NCBI RefSeq assembly: GCF_000142905.1
Contig: NW_013657669.1
Coordinates: 186,001-250,000 of the forward strand
DNA length: 64,000 nucleotides
Origin: Thecamonas trahens ATCC 50062
Taxonomy: Eukaryota; Protista; Apusomonadida
Direction of reading: 5' to 3'
Shown here: piece by piece, positions 10,032 to 21,178 of the stretch
Layout of the letters: each line of letters opens with the position of its first letter
How positions within the stretch are numbered: the first letter of the stretch is position 1
Translations under genes and position numbers: made by a program
The notes under the pieces: generated by a model
Databases searched by the model: none
Told to the model about the DNA's origin: nothing
Seen by the model: the letters and a program-made list of their open reading frames with translations, nothing else

Positions 10032-12734
10032 ATGCAGCTGGCGCTTGCTTTGGCGGTAAGACGGAGAGCTGTAGCTCTGGCCATGGTGGGGACGGGCGTG
10101 ACGCGACGAGAGACTCGGCGCTGGGGCGAGAGGCAAGGCGAGACGGGGAGGCGGGCAATGACGGCGATGTCGGTGGCAGAGCCATCGGCGGTAAAGGCGG
10201 TGGTCGACGAGTCGGCGCCCGTAACTGTTGTCCGCGGTGGCCCTGGGACGGGCAAGTCGACAGCTGCGGTGGCCAGAGTCCGTGCACTGGCGCACGCCGG
10301 ACACGATGTGGTGCTGGTGGTACCGTCGCGGGCGGCGGCGGCGGCGGCGGAAGCAGCGCTCGACGACCACGCGGCGGTCTTAGGCGACCGCTATGCAGTC
10401 GCGACATGGCCGAAGTTTCTCGGCAGCCTGCTGCCGCGATCGAGGGCTAAGATGCCGGCGCCACACCCTCTGGCGGCAGCAACAGCGGCGGCTCTGGCGC
10501 ATCCGCTTGGCGCACGGCTGTCGTCGTACGACGAGCCCGCGGCGGCAGTGGCGGCAGCTGAGAGTGACAAGCTGACGCTCAAGGCGACGGCAGTGGTCGT
10601 CGATGACGCGCAGGGCGCGTCGTTGCTGCATCTCGCCGCACTGCGTGCACTGGTCACTCGCCACGGCCTTGCTTCGCTGACGCTCATGATCGAAGACGGC
10701 CCGTTGGCTCTGCCGCCGCGGGCGCTCTCCGATGCTGTGGCGCGCGGGTGTATTGACGTGCCGAGCTCGTTTGCTCCGGCAGAAGTGGTGGTTCACGAGC
10801 TTGCCTACCGCTTTGTCCGCAACGAGGCTGCGGACCGGCTGCTGGCCTGCCCGCCGCCGGCTGGGCTTGCGTCGCCGACATGTGTCGAAGCCAGCTACAC
10901 GCGGTACGGATCCGAGGCTGCTGAGGCGAGCGCTGTCGCCGACACACTTGTGCATCTTGTGGTGAGCGAGGGCGTGCGGCCGGAGCGAGTGGCGGTGGTC
11001 ACGCCATCGCATTCCGCGCTGCCGCGGCTGTGGACCTCGCTCCTCGACGCGTCGCTGCCTGTGGCATACTCGGGCTATCTCCCACACAGGCTACTGAACC
11101 AGCCCGAAGTCCGGCTGTGTGCAAGCGTGCTCGAGCTGGCGGCTTCGCCGACGGGTGCATCCCCATTGGCGTGGACAACGCTGCTGGCATCGGGCCTGGT
11201 GGGAGTGGATGGTGAGGTCCTGAGCTTGGTGGCACGGGAAGCGCAGCACGGACGCGATAGCGTCCGGATCTACGACTTGCTGGCCGAGGATGAGCGCGCG
11301 TGCAAAGTGACCAGCGCGCTCGACATGCTGCATCTCGAGTGCAACCTGCCGGGCGCGTCGGTCGCGGGCCTTGTTGCCGACTTTGTCTTTTCGCGGTTGA
11401 GCGACGAGCTGTGCGACGAGCTGGGCGCCTTGTCCGGCAGCCGTGGCGCGCAGCAGATGGCCAACATGGAGGCATACTTTAAGCTCCTTTCGTCGCTCTC
11501 GACGTCCGCGGCGTACTCACCGGCAGCGGGGCGGCTGCTCCTTGCCACTCGCAACCTCGAGGCGGCCGGGGATGATCCGCGTGTGTTGCCGGCGGCGGTC
11601 GACGTCGGCCCGGCCGCGGGCGCAGTGGTCCTGGGCACGCCGTCGGTGCTGGCAGCAGGCACGCAGAGCTTCGACCATGTTTTCTACGTCGCTGCCGCGC
11701 GGCCGTCGGGCGAGCTTGTCCGCGAGTTGCGCCGCGCGAGTACCGATCCGGAGCTGCGCGCCTTTGCAGCGGGCACGCTCGGTCTGACCTGGCGCGAATC
11801 CCCGCAGCCATTGGCCTTGTCGGCGTTGGGTGCAGCAGCGGCGCGGGCACACAAGGCGCTCCACATTACCAGCGGGTCTGGGGTCCTCTCGCTGGATCCG
11901 GCAGTAGCCAAGGTGCTCGGAGTGCCGGCCGAGGCGGTGCAGGAGCGGCAGAGCGCGCCACGGAGTGCTCGAGATGTCAAGCTCGTCGGCCCACACTACG
12001 CACTCTCGGCTCTGGGAGCGGAGGCGCTGGCGGCAGCAGTGGCAGACCCGGTGCGGCGAGCAGCGACGCTAGCCGAGGCCACGACCTGCCCTGCGCGACT
12101 GTACTTTGCTCACGAGCTGGGCGTCACAGGCAGTCCGCGGCCGGCAACAACCGCGGGGGTAGCAGCTGGCGCTCGGGCCGCTGCGCTGCCGCACGTGGTG
12201 GGCGGAGAGGGGATGGCGGCTCGTGAGGCCTACAACGCCTGGTGGGTCCAAGTTGGCGGATTTGACCTCCCGCCGCAGGTCCCGGCATACCGCGACGGCA
12301 TGGCGGCGATCGAGGCCGCCTGCGCCTCCGGCCCGTGGGCTGCTGAAGACCTGATCGTGGACGCCTCCGCCGGAGTGGTCCTCGCGGTACAGCGCGAGTG
12401 CATTGCCGGCTACACGCTGGCGCTTGACGATGCAAGCAAGAGCCTGGCCCGGGCGAGTAGGGTGGGCTCGCTCCTGCGAGTTGTCGCCGCCCAAGCCGGG
12501 CCCGAGTGGAGCGGCGAGCTGGTGATGACCGAAGTTTCAACCGGCGACGTGGCGAGCCGCAAGTGGAGCCCGCGGCTGCGGGCGCTATCGCGCAAGGCAG
12601 TGGCCGCCGCGGATGAGCTACTTGCGCGTGTGACGGGCAGCAGTGGCGGTGAGATGGAGGCGTGGCCGAGCCGGCGCGCCTGTCTCGGGTGCAGCTGGCG
12701 GAGCGTGTGCCCATCGAGCGAGGCGGCGTCGTGA
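10032..12734 (+). CDS. Degenerate SF1A UvrD/AdnA-like helicase fused to a PD-(D/E)XK-type Fe-S nuclease domain; possible mitochondrial presequence
   Basis: Walker A GGPGTGKS (10236-10259), Walker B VVVDDAQ, and SEAAEASAVA...PERVAVV. TCPARLYF and C-terminal CLGCSWRSVC supply four Cys. The N-terminus is Arg/Ala-rich. Confidence 0.7.
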   Translation: MQLALALAVRRRAVALAMVGTGVTRRETRRWGERQGETGRRAMTAMSVAEPSAVKAVVDESAPVTVVRGGPGTGKSTAAVARVRALAHAGHDVVLVVPSRAAAAAAEAALDDHAAVLGDRYAVATWPKFLGSLLPRSRAKMPAPHPLAAATAAALAHPLGARLSSYDEPAAAVAAAESDKLTLKATAVVVDDAQGASLLHLAALRALVTRHGLASLTLMIEDGPLALPPRALSDAVARGCIDVPSSFAPAEVVVHELAYRFVRNEAADRLLACPPPAGLASPTCVEASYTRYGSEAAEASAVADTLVHLVVSEGVRPERVAVVTPSHSALPRLWTSLLDASLPVAYSGYLPHRLLNQPEVRLCASVLELAASPTGASPLAWTTLLASGLVGVDGEVLSLVAREAQHGRDSVRIYDLLAEDERACKVTSALDMLHLECNLPGASVAGLVADFVFSRLSDELCDELGALSGSRGAQQMANMEAYFKLLSSLSTSAAYSPAAGRLLLATRNLEAAGDDPRVLPAAVDVGPAAGAVVLGTPSVLAAGTQSFDHVFYVAAARPSGELVRELRRASTDPELRAFAAGTLGLTWRESPQPLALSALGAAAARAHKALHITSGSGVLSLDPAVAKVLGVPAEAVQERQSAPRSARDVKLVGPHYALSALGAEALAAAVADPVRRAATLAEATTCPARLYFAHELGVTGSPRPATTAGVAAGARAAALPHVVGGEGMAAREAYNAWWVQVGGFDLPPQVPAYRDGMAAIEAACASGPWAAEDLIVDASAGVVLAVQRECIAGYTLALDDASKSLARASRVGSLLRVVAAQAGPEWSGELVMTEVSTGDVASRKWSPRLRALSRKAVAAADELLARVTGSSGGEMEAWPSRRACLGCSWRSVCPSSEAAS

Positions 12735-12741
12735 GTAGGTG

Positions 12742-13821
12742 TCATGCGCCCTGGATGAGCGGTGCCCGCTCAGACGGCGCCGAGTCTGGCGGCGGCGTGC
12801 GATGTGTGGCGTGCATGAGAGCGAGGGCAGCAAGGATGGTAGCCATGCCGGCGGCAGGCCAGAGGAGTGCCACGCCCTGGCCGGCCCACTCGTGGAAGAA
12901 GAGCGCTCCCTCGATGGCGGCGACGACCGGGACGGCAAAGTCGACGCCGACCTGCCGGACGGCGCCGAGCTCGCGGACAAGCACAAACTGGAGGAGGTAG
13001 GCAAGACACGATCCGCCAAGCCCGAGGTAAACCACGCCGCCCCACGCCGAGCCGTCCATCGACGCCAGCCACGCCATACGCGCTGGGTAATGGTGGCTGA
13101 GCGAGAGCGGATGCCATGTGTCGACAGCGGCGGCAGCAATGACCGCGACAACCGCGCCAGCAGCGGTCTGTGCCAGGGCCAGCCGCACGTATGAGAGGCG
13201 CGGCCCAAGGACGGCTTCGGCTACGACGGCGGCTGCGCCTTTGCATGCCGCGGCGACGAGGACGAGGCTGTATCCCAACAGCGTGTCCGAGACCGGGCGA
13301 GCCGTGGCGTGCTTGCCCGACTTGCCGGCGAGCGCCTCGGCATAGAGCAGGGCAACGCCAGCGAGGCCAAGCGCGAGTGCCGGCCACAGCGCACGGCCAA
13401 GCGTGGGTGGACGGCGAGCGAGCGCGACGAGCGCGGCGGCGATGAGCGGCGAGGTGGCAGCGAGGACGGCTACGACGCCGATGTTGATCCCGAGATTCAT
13501 GGCGATGGGATAGAGGGTGTACGGGATGACATTGTTGAGTAGCGCCATAGCGGTGGCAGTCCGGGCGAGAGCAAGCCCCGACAGTGGAAGCTTGCGCTCA
13601 TCGGCAGCGAGCACGTCCAGAGCCTCATGCCGCCTCCGCCCAAGTCGATGCAGCACCGGCGAGGTGACGCCGAGCGCAGCGGCACCGATGACCAAGCGCA
13701 AGGCGGTGAGCGAGAGTGGCGGGACATGAGCTTTGGCGACCTTGGTAAAGGCAAAGGCCGAGCCGGCAACAAGGGCCAGTGTGGCAAAGGCAGCCGCGAT
13801 GGCAAGCGGATGCATGGCCAT
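12742..13821 (-). CDS. EamA/DMT-family transporter (about 10 TM)
   Basis: Two EamA halves: PPLSLTALRLVIGA, NNVIPYTL, VYLGLGGSCLAYLLQF and VPVVAAIEGALFFHE. ATG at 13821. Confidence 0.85.
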   Translation of the reverse strand: MAMHPLAIAAAFATLALVAGSAFAFTKVAKAHVPPLSLTALRLVIGAAALGVTSPVLHRLGRRRHEALDVLAADERKLPLSGLALARTATAMALLNNVIPYTLYPIAMNLGINIGVVAVLAATSPLIAAALVALARRPPTLGRALWPALALGLAGVALLYAEALAGKSGKHATARPVSDTLLGYSLVLVAAACKGAAAVVAEAVLGPRLSYVRLALAQTAAGAVVAVIAAAAVDTWHPLSLSHHYPARMAWLASMDGSAWGGVVYLGLGGSCLAYLLQFVLVRELGAVRQVGVDFAVPVVAAIEGALFFHEWAGQGVALLWPAAGMATILAALALMHATHRTPPPDSAPSERAPLIQGA

Positions 13822-13998
13822 GGCCGGCGGAGCAGGCCGCGAGGCAGAGGCTGGGGAAAGACGGTCCGCGGTGGTGAACTCGTTTCGCGCGAGCGATAGA
13901 GTCGAAACTGGGAGTGAGCGAAAAGTGAGAAACAGAGTTGAGGGTTGCCGATTTGCGCGAGCTCGTTTACTTGCCACCATCTCTCTCGTGAATCAATC

Positions 13999-15262
13999 AT
14001 GGCAGCCATTGAGGGTGTCAAGCTCTTCGGCAAGTGGTACGTGGACAACCGAGCGCTTCCAGCATCTCATCCCCCCCTGCCTCCAGCAACCATACACAGT
14101 GGACATTGTGTACTGCAGCACCAACGCGGCCTCTGCTCTTGCATCCCCTCTGCGCTGCGGCGCTCTCTGCCCCCATGCCTCGCCACGGGTGGCCGAGGAG
14201 CAGCGAGCGACGATTTTATGTTTGCGTCCCCATCCCGTCACCGGCGACTGCGGCCTTGGGTGAGAGCCAGCTGCAGCCTGGTAATGCCCGCACCCCCCGC
14301 ACCTCGATGATTACTCACTCTACCACATGTGCTTCTTTGCTATCCCCTTGCTTGTGTGCGGTTATAGGTCGTTCGACGACATCGAGGTCAACGACATTGC
14401 GCTCATGGTACGATCAGGCCAATGGCCCATTTTTGCCCGCACTCGCACACGGCCACACACACAGCGACCAGGAGCGTCCCACGCAAGCTGTTATCATGCT
14501 GCAGGACCATGCGCTGATGCACCGGTACCGGCGCGTTTATGGCTGTCGCTCTCTTCCGCATCTGCAGTCGCTGTGTGGCTGTGCTGGGTGTGGGAGCTCG
14601 TGGTGGGCGGTGGATGGCGGCGAAAGACTTTGTGTCTGCCGGGCGGCAGCAGGCCACCCCAGGGACATGGGGAATGAGAGGGAAGGGGGATATAGGCACG
14701 GGAGAACTCACGGGATATTTGTTGTGTTTGTGTGAATGTGATTATGTGGGGATAGGACTACATTGCTGTCAAGCCCAAGTCTGCGCAGTTCCTCCCGCAC
14801 TCTGCTGGTCGCTGGCAGGTCAAGCGCTTCCGCAAGGCCACGTGCCCGATTGTGGAGCGCATGACGTGCTCGATGATGATGCACGGCCGTAACTCCGGCA
14901 AGAAGCTCATGGCTGTGCGGATCATCAAGCACTGCTTCGAGATCATCCACCTGCTCACGGACCAGAACCCGATCCAGGTGCTCGTTGACGCCGTCGCCAA
15001 CGCCGGTGCCCGTGAGGACTCGACCCGTGTCGGCTCGCACGGTACCGCCCGCCGCCAGGCCGTCGATGTCTCGCCGCTCCGCCGCGTCAACACGGCCATC
15101 TACCTCATCTCGGTCGGTGCCCGTAACTCGGCCTTCCGCAACATCAAGACCATCGCCGAGTGCCTCGCCGACGAGATCATCAACGCCGCCAAGGGCTCGT
15201 CGAACTCGTACGCCATCAAGAAGCGTGACGAGACAGAGCGCGTTGCCGTCTCCAACCGCTAA
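13999..15262 (+). CDS. RPS5: 40S ribosomal protein S5 (uS7); 3 exons
   Basis: Exons 13999-14036 ([13 protein letters not shown]), 14368-14407 and 14756-15262 (DYIAVK...[13 protein letters not shown]...[24 protein letters not shown]). Both GT-AG introns are in phase. Confidence 0.97.
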
Positions 15263-15484
15263 AGGAAGCGTTACCTCCTCATGTGCTTTGGTCAGAGTGG
15301 GAGGCGAAGGAGAGGAACGTGGCGCGAGCTGGGCTTCTGCTCGCTCTCGCACACGTGACGAGAGAGACCGGGAGAGCCAAAGAGAGAGAGAGAGAGAGAG
15401 ACACGCACTGCACCCCTCCCCCCCCCACACACACACGCCAGAAGCTTTACTACGAGACGGAGTGAGGCTGTCTGCTGTGTTTGC

Positions 15485-16308
15485 ATGGCAGCAGAGACTA
15501 GCTCCTCCGGCGCTGTGGCCGAGTGTCGGGTGGTGGTCGAGGCCGGCGAGGAGTTTGTGGACGGGTACGCAAGCCAAGGCGGCGAGGGCCGGTGGGAGGG
15601 GGAGGGGAGGGGCATGAGGGGGGAATGGGGTTTATGCCATTTGCTGGAGGTTGTAGGGTAGGGTGAGGGCATGGGCGGTGGCTGGCTGACTGAGTAGACG
15701 GCGGCTGATGGCGGTGCGGTGCGGACGCGGGGGACGCGGCGGACGCAGTGGACGCTGACTCACACGGGCTGGCTTTCTCGCGGACGATGGAAACCGGGGA
15801 GTGGGTCGGGGGTAGCTGGGAGGTCGTCTCGATTAACCAGTGGGACGTGGAGCAGGTGCGGGTGCTGATTCTGTCGACGGCGGCGCTGTATCGGATCAAG
15901 TACAAGGCATCGAGCGGAGAGATCCTCCACCATCATCGCCAGCCGCTCGACGACATCTGCAGGATCCAGATCGGCCGGTTTGTGTTTGGCACCTTTGCGG
16001 TGGCACGGCTCTTTCGATCAGCAGCCGACGAGGACGGCATAGTTGGCTTACGGATCTTCTCAGCCGAGCATCGTGGCGGCTCGTCGCTGCTGGATGAGGC
16101 GCAGCCTTTTCGAACGTATCGTGCGGCGCGGGCGGCGCTGGTGGACCTGGCCTCGCCTGACGCGCTCGTTCGCAGCATCGCCGACGCGATCCTGGTCGCG
16201 CAGGACGAGGCGCTCGGCAGGCGGTGCACACTCGACGAGTTTGACATCAAGCGGTCGAACGTGCTCGGCCCGCTCTCCGTGGTGCGCAACAAGCTGAGCG
16301 GCGTGTAG
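15485..16308 (+). CDS. hSac2/TPRG1-domain protein; 2 exons
   Basis: Exon 1 is 15485-15564; intron 15565-15815 (GTACGC...ACTCAC...GGTAG, phase 2). The spliced product EFVDGWEVVSINQWDVEQVRVLILSTAALYRIKY matches the hSac2 pattern GW..I.HW..E.ERVL..T...Y. Confidence 0.7.
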
Positions 16309-16317
16309 GGGAGGTGT

Positions 16318-17775
16318 TTACGCCGACGATTCCGAGTCGTCGTCGTCGTCGTCGTCGTTGTCATCGTCGTCGTCAGTGGCATCGGCAGCTTCGGCAGAGG
16401 CCTTGGCATCGGCAGCGACAGCCTCGGCGGCGGCAGTCTTGGCGGCGCGCGAGTGAGCGGACCGCGGTGCAATCTCGGCGCTCGCCTTGGACGAGGCCGA
16501 CTGCTGGGCGGCCTTGGCAGCCTTGGCCTTGGCGCGTTTCTGGGCGCGGGCGGCATCCTTTTTGGAGAGCTCCTTCTTGACGAGAGCGTCGTAGTCGGCG
16601 CGCTCGGCTGCGGCGCGCGTCTCATGGTCGGCGCGCTCGCTCGAGTGGAGGCTCTCCCAATCAGCGTTGAGGCGGTCAAAGACGGCGACGAGGTCGAGCG
16701 GCGCGCCCGGCTCGGTGTCGGCGAGAACGGCGCGCGCAGCGCGCTCGCGGTTGTTGTCAAAGTAGATGGAGCGGGCGGAGCGCGGGAGGGCAATGCCGGC
16801 CGGGATGGCATCGGCGTGGATGTAGGCATTGTGCGGGAAGCGGACCTTGTAGGTGGCGAGCTTTGCGGCGTAGGCCTTCTCTTCCTCCTTGGCGCGGGCA
16901 ATGTACTTGGCCTTGTCCTCGTCCGAGGTGTTTGTCCAGGCCACCTTGCGGGCCTCCTTGTAGGACATGGCGTGCTCCTTTGCGTAGTCGACGGTGGCAA
17001 GGTGGTCCGGCCGCGGCGGACGCTTGGGTTTGAACGGGTCGGCGGTCGTCCGCTGGCCGGGGTGCAGGCGGAAGAAGGCCTCGAGCTGGACGAGCTCAAT
17101 TGCAGCGAGGCGGGCGTGCTCAGCCTCAAATGGCTCGCGGTCCATGGCTGGAAGCGACTCGAAGCGCTCCTTGCCCTCGGCGAGCTTGGATCGGTACTCG
17201 GGCGTGGTCACGTTGAGCGAGGCGAGCTCGGGGTAGAGGTGGCGAGCAAAGAGCTCCGCTGCCGGCTTGGCCCGCTTTGGCCGCCGAATGGCGGCGCGGG
17301 TCTTGCGGGTCCGGCCGGTGCCGCGCGTGATGGCAGCGGCAAGAACCGGCGGGAAGAGGTCGCCATCCACGCCCGGCCCGTCGATGGCGGCCTTCTCCAG
17401 CGCGCCAGGCGCGTAGTACGGGAACTTGTCAATAAAGGCCTCCAGAACTGCCTCTGATTGGCGGCACGCCGGGCGTCCACGGCGGCGTGGGCCATAAACT
17501 GCGCCCGCTCTCCTGGCGACAGCGCCGCATACCGCGCCTTGATCCGGGTGACCTTGTCGGTGTGGGCCATGTCGGCGTACTCGGCCTTTGCACCCTCGTG
17601 GGTGGAGAAAATGATGTTGACGTTCCGCGCAGCGGTGACCTTGTTGGCATCCGCCAGCGCCTTGCCAGCCATCGGCCGCCCATGCTTAGCCTTGTGCATG
17701 TTCCGCACCACACGTCGCGCCGACGGCAGCAGCGGCACAGAAGCCAGCACTGGCACGCTCTCCATTTCCGTCACT

Positions 17776-17824
<49 letters not shown>

Positions 17825-17888
17825 GTGGCCGGGAGGATTCTACCCCACGCGACGCAGACCGCTTCTGCCGCTTGGTGGGGCCGGACAT
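16318..17888 (-). CDS. Multi-HMG-box DNA-binding protein (about 4 boxes); one frameshift
   Basis: Repeated HMG helices: YAALSPGERAQF, FESLPAMDREPF, WTNTSDEDKAKY and WESLHSSERADH, plus RPKRA/KPKRPP. Two frames join with a one-base insertion near 17458. Poly-Thr N-terminus and acidic tail. Confidence 0.7.
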
Positions 17889-18044
17889 GGTAGGTGTGTG
17901 AGGGGGGGGAGGGGGAGGAGAGGGGGGGAGGTAGAGGAGAAGTGGACGAGGGAGAGGGAGGGAAGGAGGGAAAGGGGTGACGTGGGGTGGGGTGGAGGTG
18001 GAGGGGTGGGGTGGGGTGGGGTGGAGGGTGGAGTGGGCGGGATC

Positions 18045-18103
18045 TGATCGTGATCGTGATCTGATCGTGATCGTGATCGTGATCGGGATCGGGATCGGGA
18101 TCG
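18045..18103. repeat. (GATCGT/GATCGG)n hexamer microsatellite
   Basis: Tandem GATCGT units upstream of the HMG gene. Confidence 0.85.
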
Positions 18104-19075
18104 TGGTCGGAGTTGGGAGAGGTGGTGGGGGAGGTGGAGGGTGGGGGGAGGAAGGGGGGAGGAGGAGGGAAGAGGGGGAGCAAGAAGAGAGAGAGAGGAG
18201 TAGTTGGTGAGAGGAGANNNNNNNNNNNNNNNNNNNNNNNNNNNNNNNNNNNNNNNNNNNNNNNNNNNNNNNNNNNNNNNNNNNNNNNNNNNNNNNNNNN
18301 NNNNNNNNNNNNNNNNNNNNNNNNNNNNNNNNNNNNNNNNNNNNNNNNNNNNNNNNNNNNNNNNNNNNNNNNNNNNNNNNNNNNNNNNNNNNNNNNNNNN
18401 NNNNNNNNNNNNNNNNNNNNNNNNNNNNNNNNNNNNNNNNNNNNNNNNNNNNNNNNNNNNNNNNNNNNNNNNNNNNNNNNNNNNNNNNNNNNNNNNNNNN
18501 NNNNNNNNNNNNNNNNNNNNNNNNNNTTGGTTTTTTTTCTCGGGTGTACAATTAGCAAAAATTTTTTTGGGGCAGGAATTGCCACAAACACAAGATTATT
18601 TCCCCTTTTTTGGCCTCTTTTTAAAAACACCCACACACAAATAACCCCCGTGCTGGGGGCTTCCAGCGCCCCAGAGGCCGGGGGTGGGGGGGCGGGACCG
18701 GCTCTGTTTCTGTGGTGCAACCCGCCGCCCCCCCAAGGCCCAATTTTGGGAGGGAACGCTGGGGGTTCTTTCTTCCCCCCCCAGGGCCCCCCCGCCCTAA
18801 AAGGGTAAAAAGCCCTCCCTTTTCCAAACCCGGCTTGATTTCCAAATGGGGGAGGGGGGGAGGGCCAAAACTCCCCCTCAACTAAAAAGCCACACAAGAA
18901 TGGGCCAGGTAGAAGGAAGCGGGGTCCGGGTTGGTGAAAATAACGGGAATTTTCGTTCCCGGCCGGTCGATCAAATAAGGGAAGGGGGGGGGGGGGGGGG
19001 GGCTTTGGTCGCTCGGGCGGGCCGGGCTGAGCAGGGTCCAAGCTAACACCCGTCGTCAGACCGACACAGACCGCA

Positions 19076-20858
19076 ATGGCCTCGTTTGCACGCTCGTTTG
19101 CCCCCCCGTCGGTGGCCTCCTTCCCGACTGTACGCCATCCTTTCCTCCCATGTTGTTTCCTCTCTCTCCGTACCCCCCCCCCCCCCGCCCTCCGCCCCCT
19201 ACGCCTTGGCTGTGGCCGTCCACTGTGTGCGCAGCCTCGGCGGCATTTTTTGCTCCGCTTCCGGCGGGGCAGTATCAGGCCTAGCAAGCGCATAAAGAGA
19301 GGGGTCAGTCTGTAACTCTGCACAGATACGCTTCTACCTAGCGTGCATGTCTGTACCGAGTTGCACATTGTTACCTTTTCCACACCGTGTGGTAGAGGGT
19401 GCGCAAGCGGCGGCTGAAGCGTTGGCTGTGATCAGTGGCACCGTGGCCCCCTTCCCCGCCCTCCCCGCCACTCACCCCGCGTGCATTACAGTTTGGGCGG
19501 CGGCTGCTGGCGACCGCCGCACCTGCCGCGGCTGAGGTGCTTGAGGTTGCGCCGACCAAGGAGACGACGCTCTCGTCCGGGCTTCGTGTGGCCACGGAGG
19601 CGTCCGGCAGCGACACGGCGACGGTCGGGGTGTGGATCAACGCCGGCTCGAGGTTTGAGACGGACGAGAACAACGGGACTGCGCACTTTCTGGAGCACAT
19701 GGCGTTCAAGGGACGTCGTCGCGGAGCCAGACGCAGCTCGAGCGCGAGGTGGAGAACATGGGCGGGCATCTGAACGCGTACACGTCGCGCGAGCAGACTG
19801 TGTACTACGCCCAGGTGCTCAAGGACGACATTCCCAAGGCTGTCGACATCCTCTCCAACATCCTCCAGGACTCGCGGCTTGACGAGGACGCGATCGAGCG
19901 TGAGCGCGGGGTCATTCTTCGTGAGGCTGAGGAGGTGGCCAAGGACACGACCGAGGTTGTGTTTGACCTCCTCCACGCCGGCGCGTACAACGGAACGCCG
20001 CTTGCGCGGACGATTCTGGGCCCGGAGGAGAACATCAAGTCGATTACCAAGGCGCATCTTGAGGACTACATTGCGACGCACTACACGGCGCCGAACATGG
20101 TTGTTGCCGCGTCGGGCGCGGTGGACCACGACGCGCTGTGCGAGCTTGTGGACAAGTCGTTTGGCTCGCTGCCGACGGCGCCGGCCGGCAAGGCCGCCGC
20201 GCCGGCGCACGTCGCGTCCGAGTTTACCGGGACCTCGGTGCAGCAGCTCGATGCCAACGTGCCGCTGGCGCACTTTGCGCTTGCGCTCGAGGGCGTCGGC
20301 TGGACGCACCCGGACTCGTTTGCGCTCATGGTGGCCCAGACCATGATCGGCTCGTGGGACCGCGCGTCCGGCGGCGGCAAGCACGTCGCGTCGCCGCTCG
20401 CCCACCTTGTGGCCAACAACGAGCTCGCCCACTCGATGAACTCGTTCCACACCGTGTACTCGGACACTGCGCTCTGGGGCGTCCACGCTGTCACCGAGCC
20501 GTCCAACCTTGACGACCTCATCTACGTCATCGAGCAGGAGTGGGTCCGCCTCTCGTTCTCGGTCGGCGACCGCGAGGTCGAGCGTGCCCGCAACCAGCTC
20601 AAGACCAACATCCTCATGCAGCTTGACGGCACCGCCGCCGTCGCCGAGGACATTGGCCGCCAGATGCTGACCTACCGCCGCCGCCTCACCCCGGCCGAGG
20701 TCTTTGCCCGTATCGACGCCGTCGACGCCGACACCATCAAGCGGGTCGCCAACGAGTACCTGTACAACAAGTCGCCCACCATTGCCGCCGTCGGCTCGCT
20801 TGACGGCATGCCCGACTACGCCCGTCTTCAGTCGTGGAACTACTGGCTCCGCGCCTAA
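19076..20858 (+). CDS. PMPCB: Mitochondrial processing peptidase beta / complex III core 1 (peptidase M16); 2 exons; one frameshift
   Basis: Presequence exon 19076-19129; intron 19130-19491. HFLEH zinc motif and [14 protein letters not shown]. One missing base at 19710-19712 restores [19 protein letters not shown]. Confidence 0.93.
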
Positions 20859-21178
20859 TGGTGGTCTCTCCGACCAGCTAGGCCGGACCAGAGGCCGAGG
20901 CCAGCGAGATAAAAACAACAAAAGCCCCCCCCCGCCAGCCCGGCTCTTCCTCGTTTCCCCCTCTCCCTTGCGCAACAAACAACCGCATTCCGTGAATCAA
21001 CCCAATTCTACCTCGATTGTTTTCATATCGATTCATGCATTGGTTCATTTCTTTATCGATTGATTCGTTTGTTCATTTGTTCGTTCGTTGCTTTTCCTCT
21101 GCCGCCTTGTCCATTCGCTTCCCATTCCAGCCACCAACCGGACGGCGGCTGCTTGTCACACTGCACCCCTGTCGAACC

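Noticed and set aside
9885-12734. Cas4 or CRISPR-associated reading of the Cys-rich nuclease domain
   Set aside because: There is no array or other cas gene, and the domain is fused to a UvrD-like helicase in a eukaryotic gene context.
18527-19000. A/T-run-rich segment after the gap, and ORFs spanning the Ns
   Set aside because: This looks like low-quality read-end sequence; the ORFs stay open only because of the Ns.
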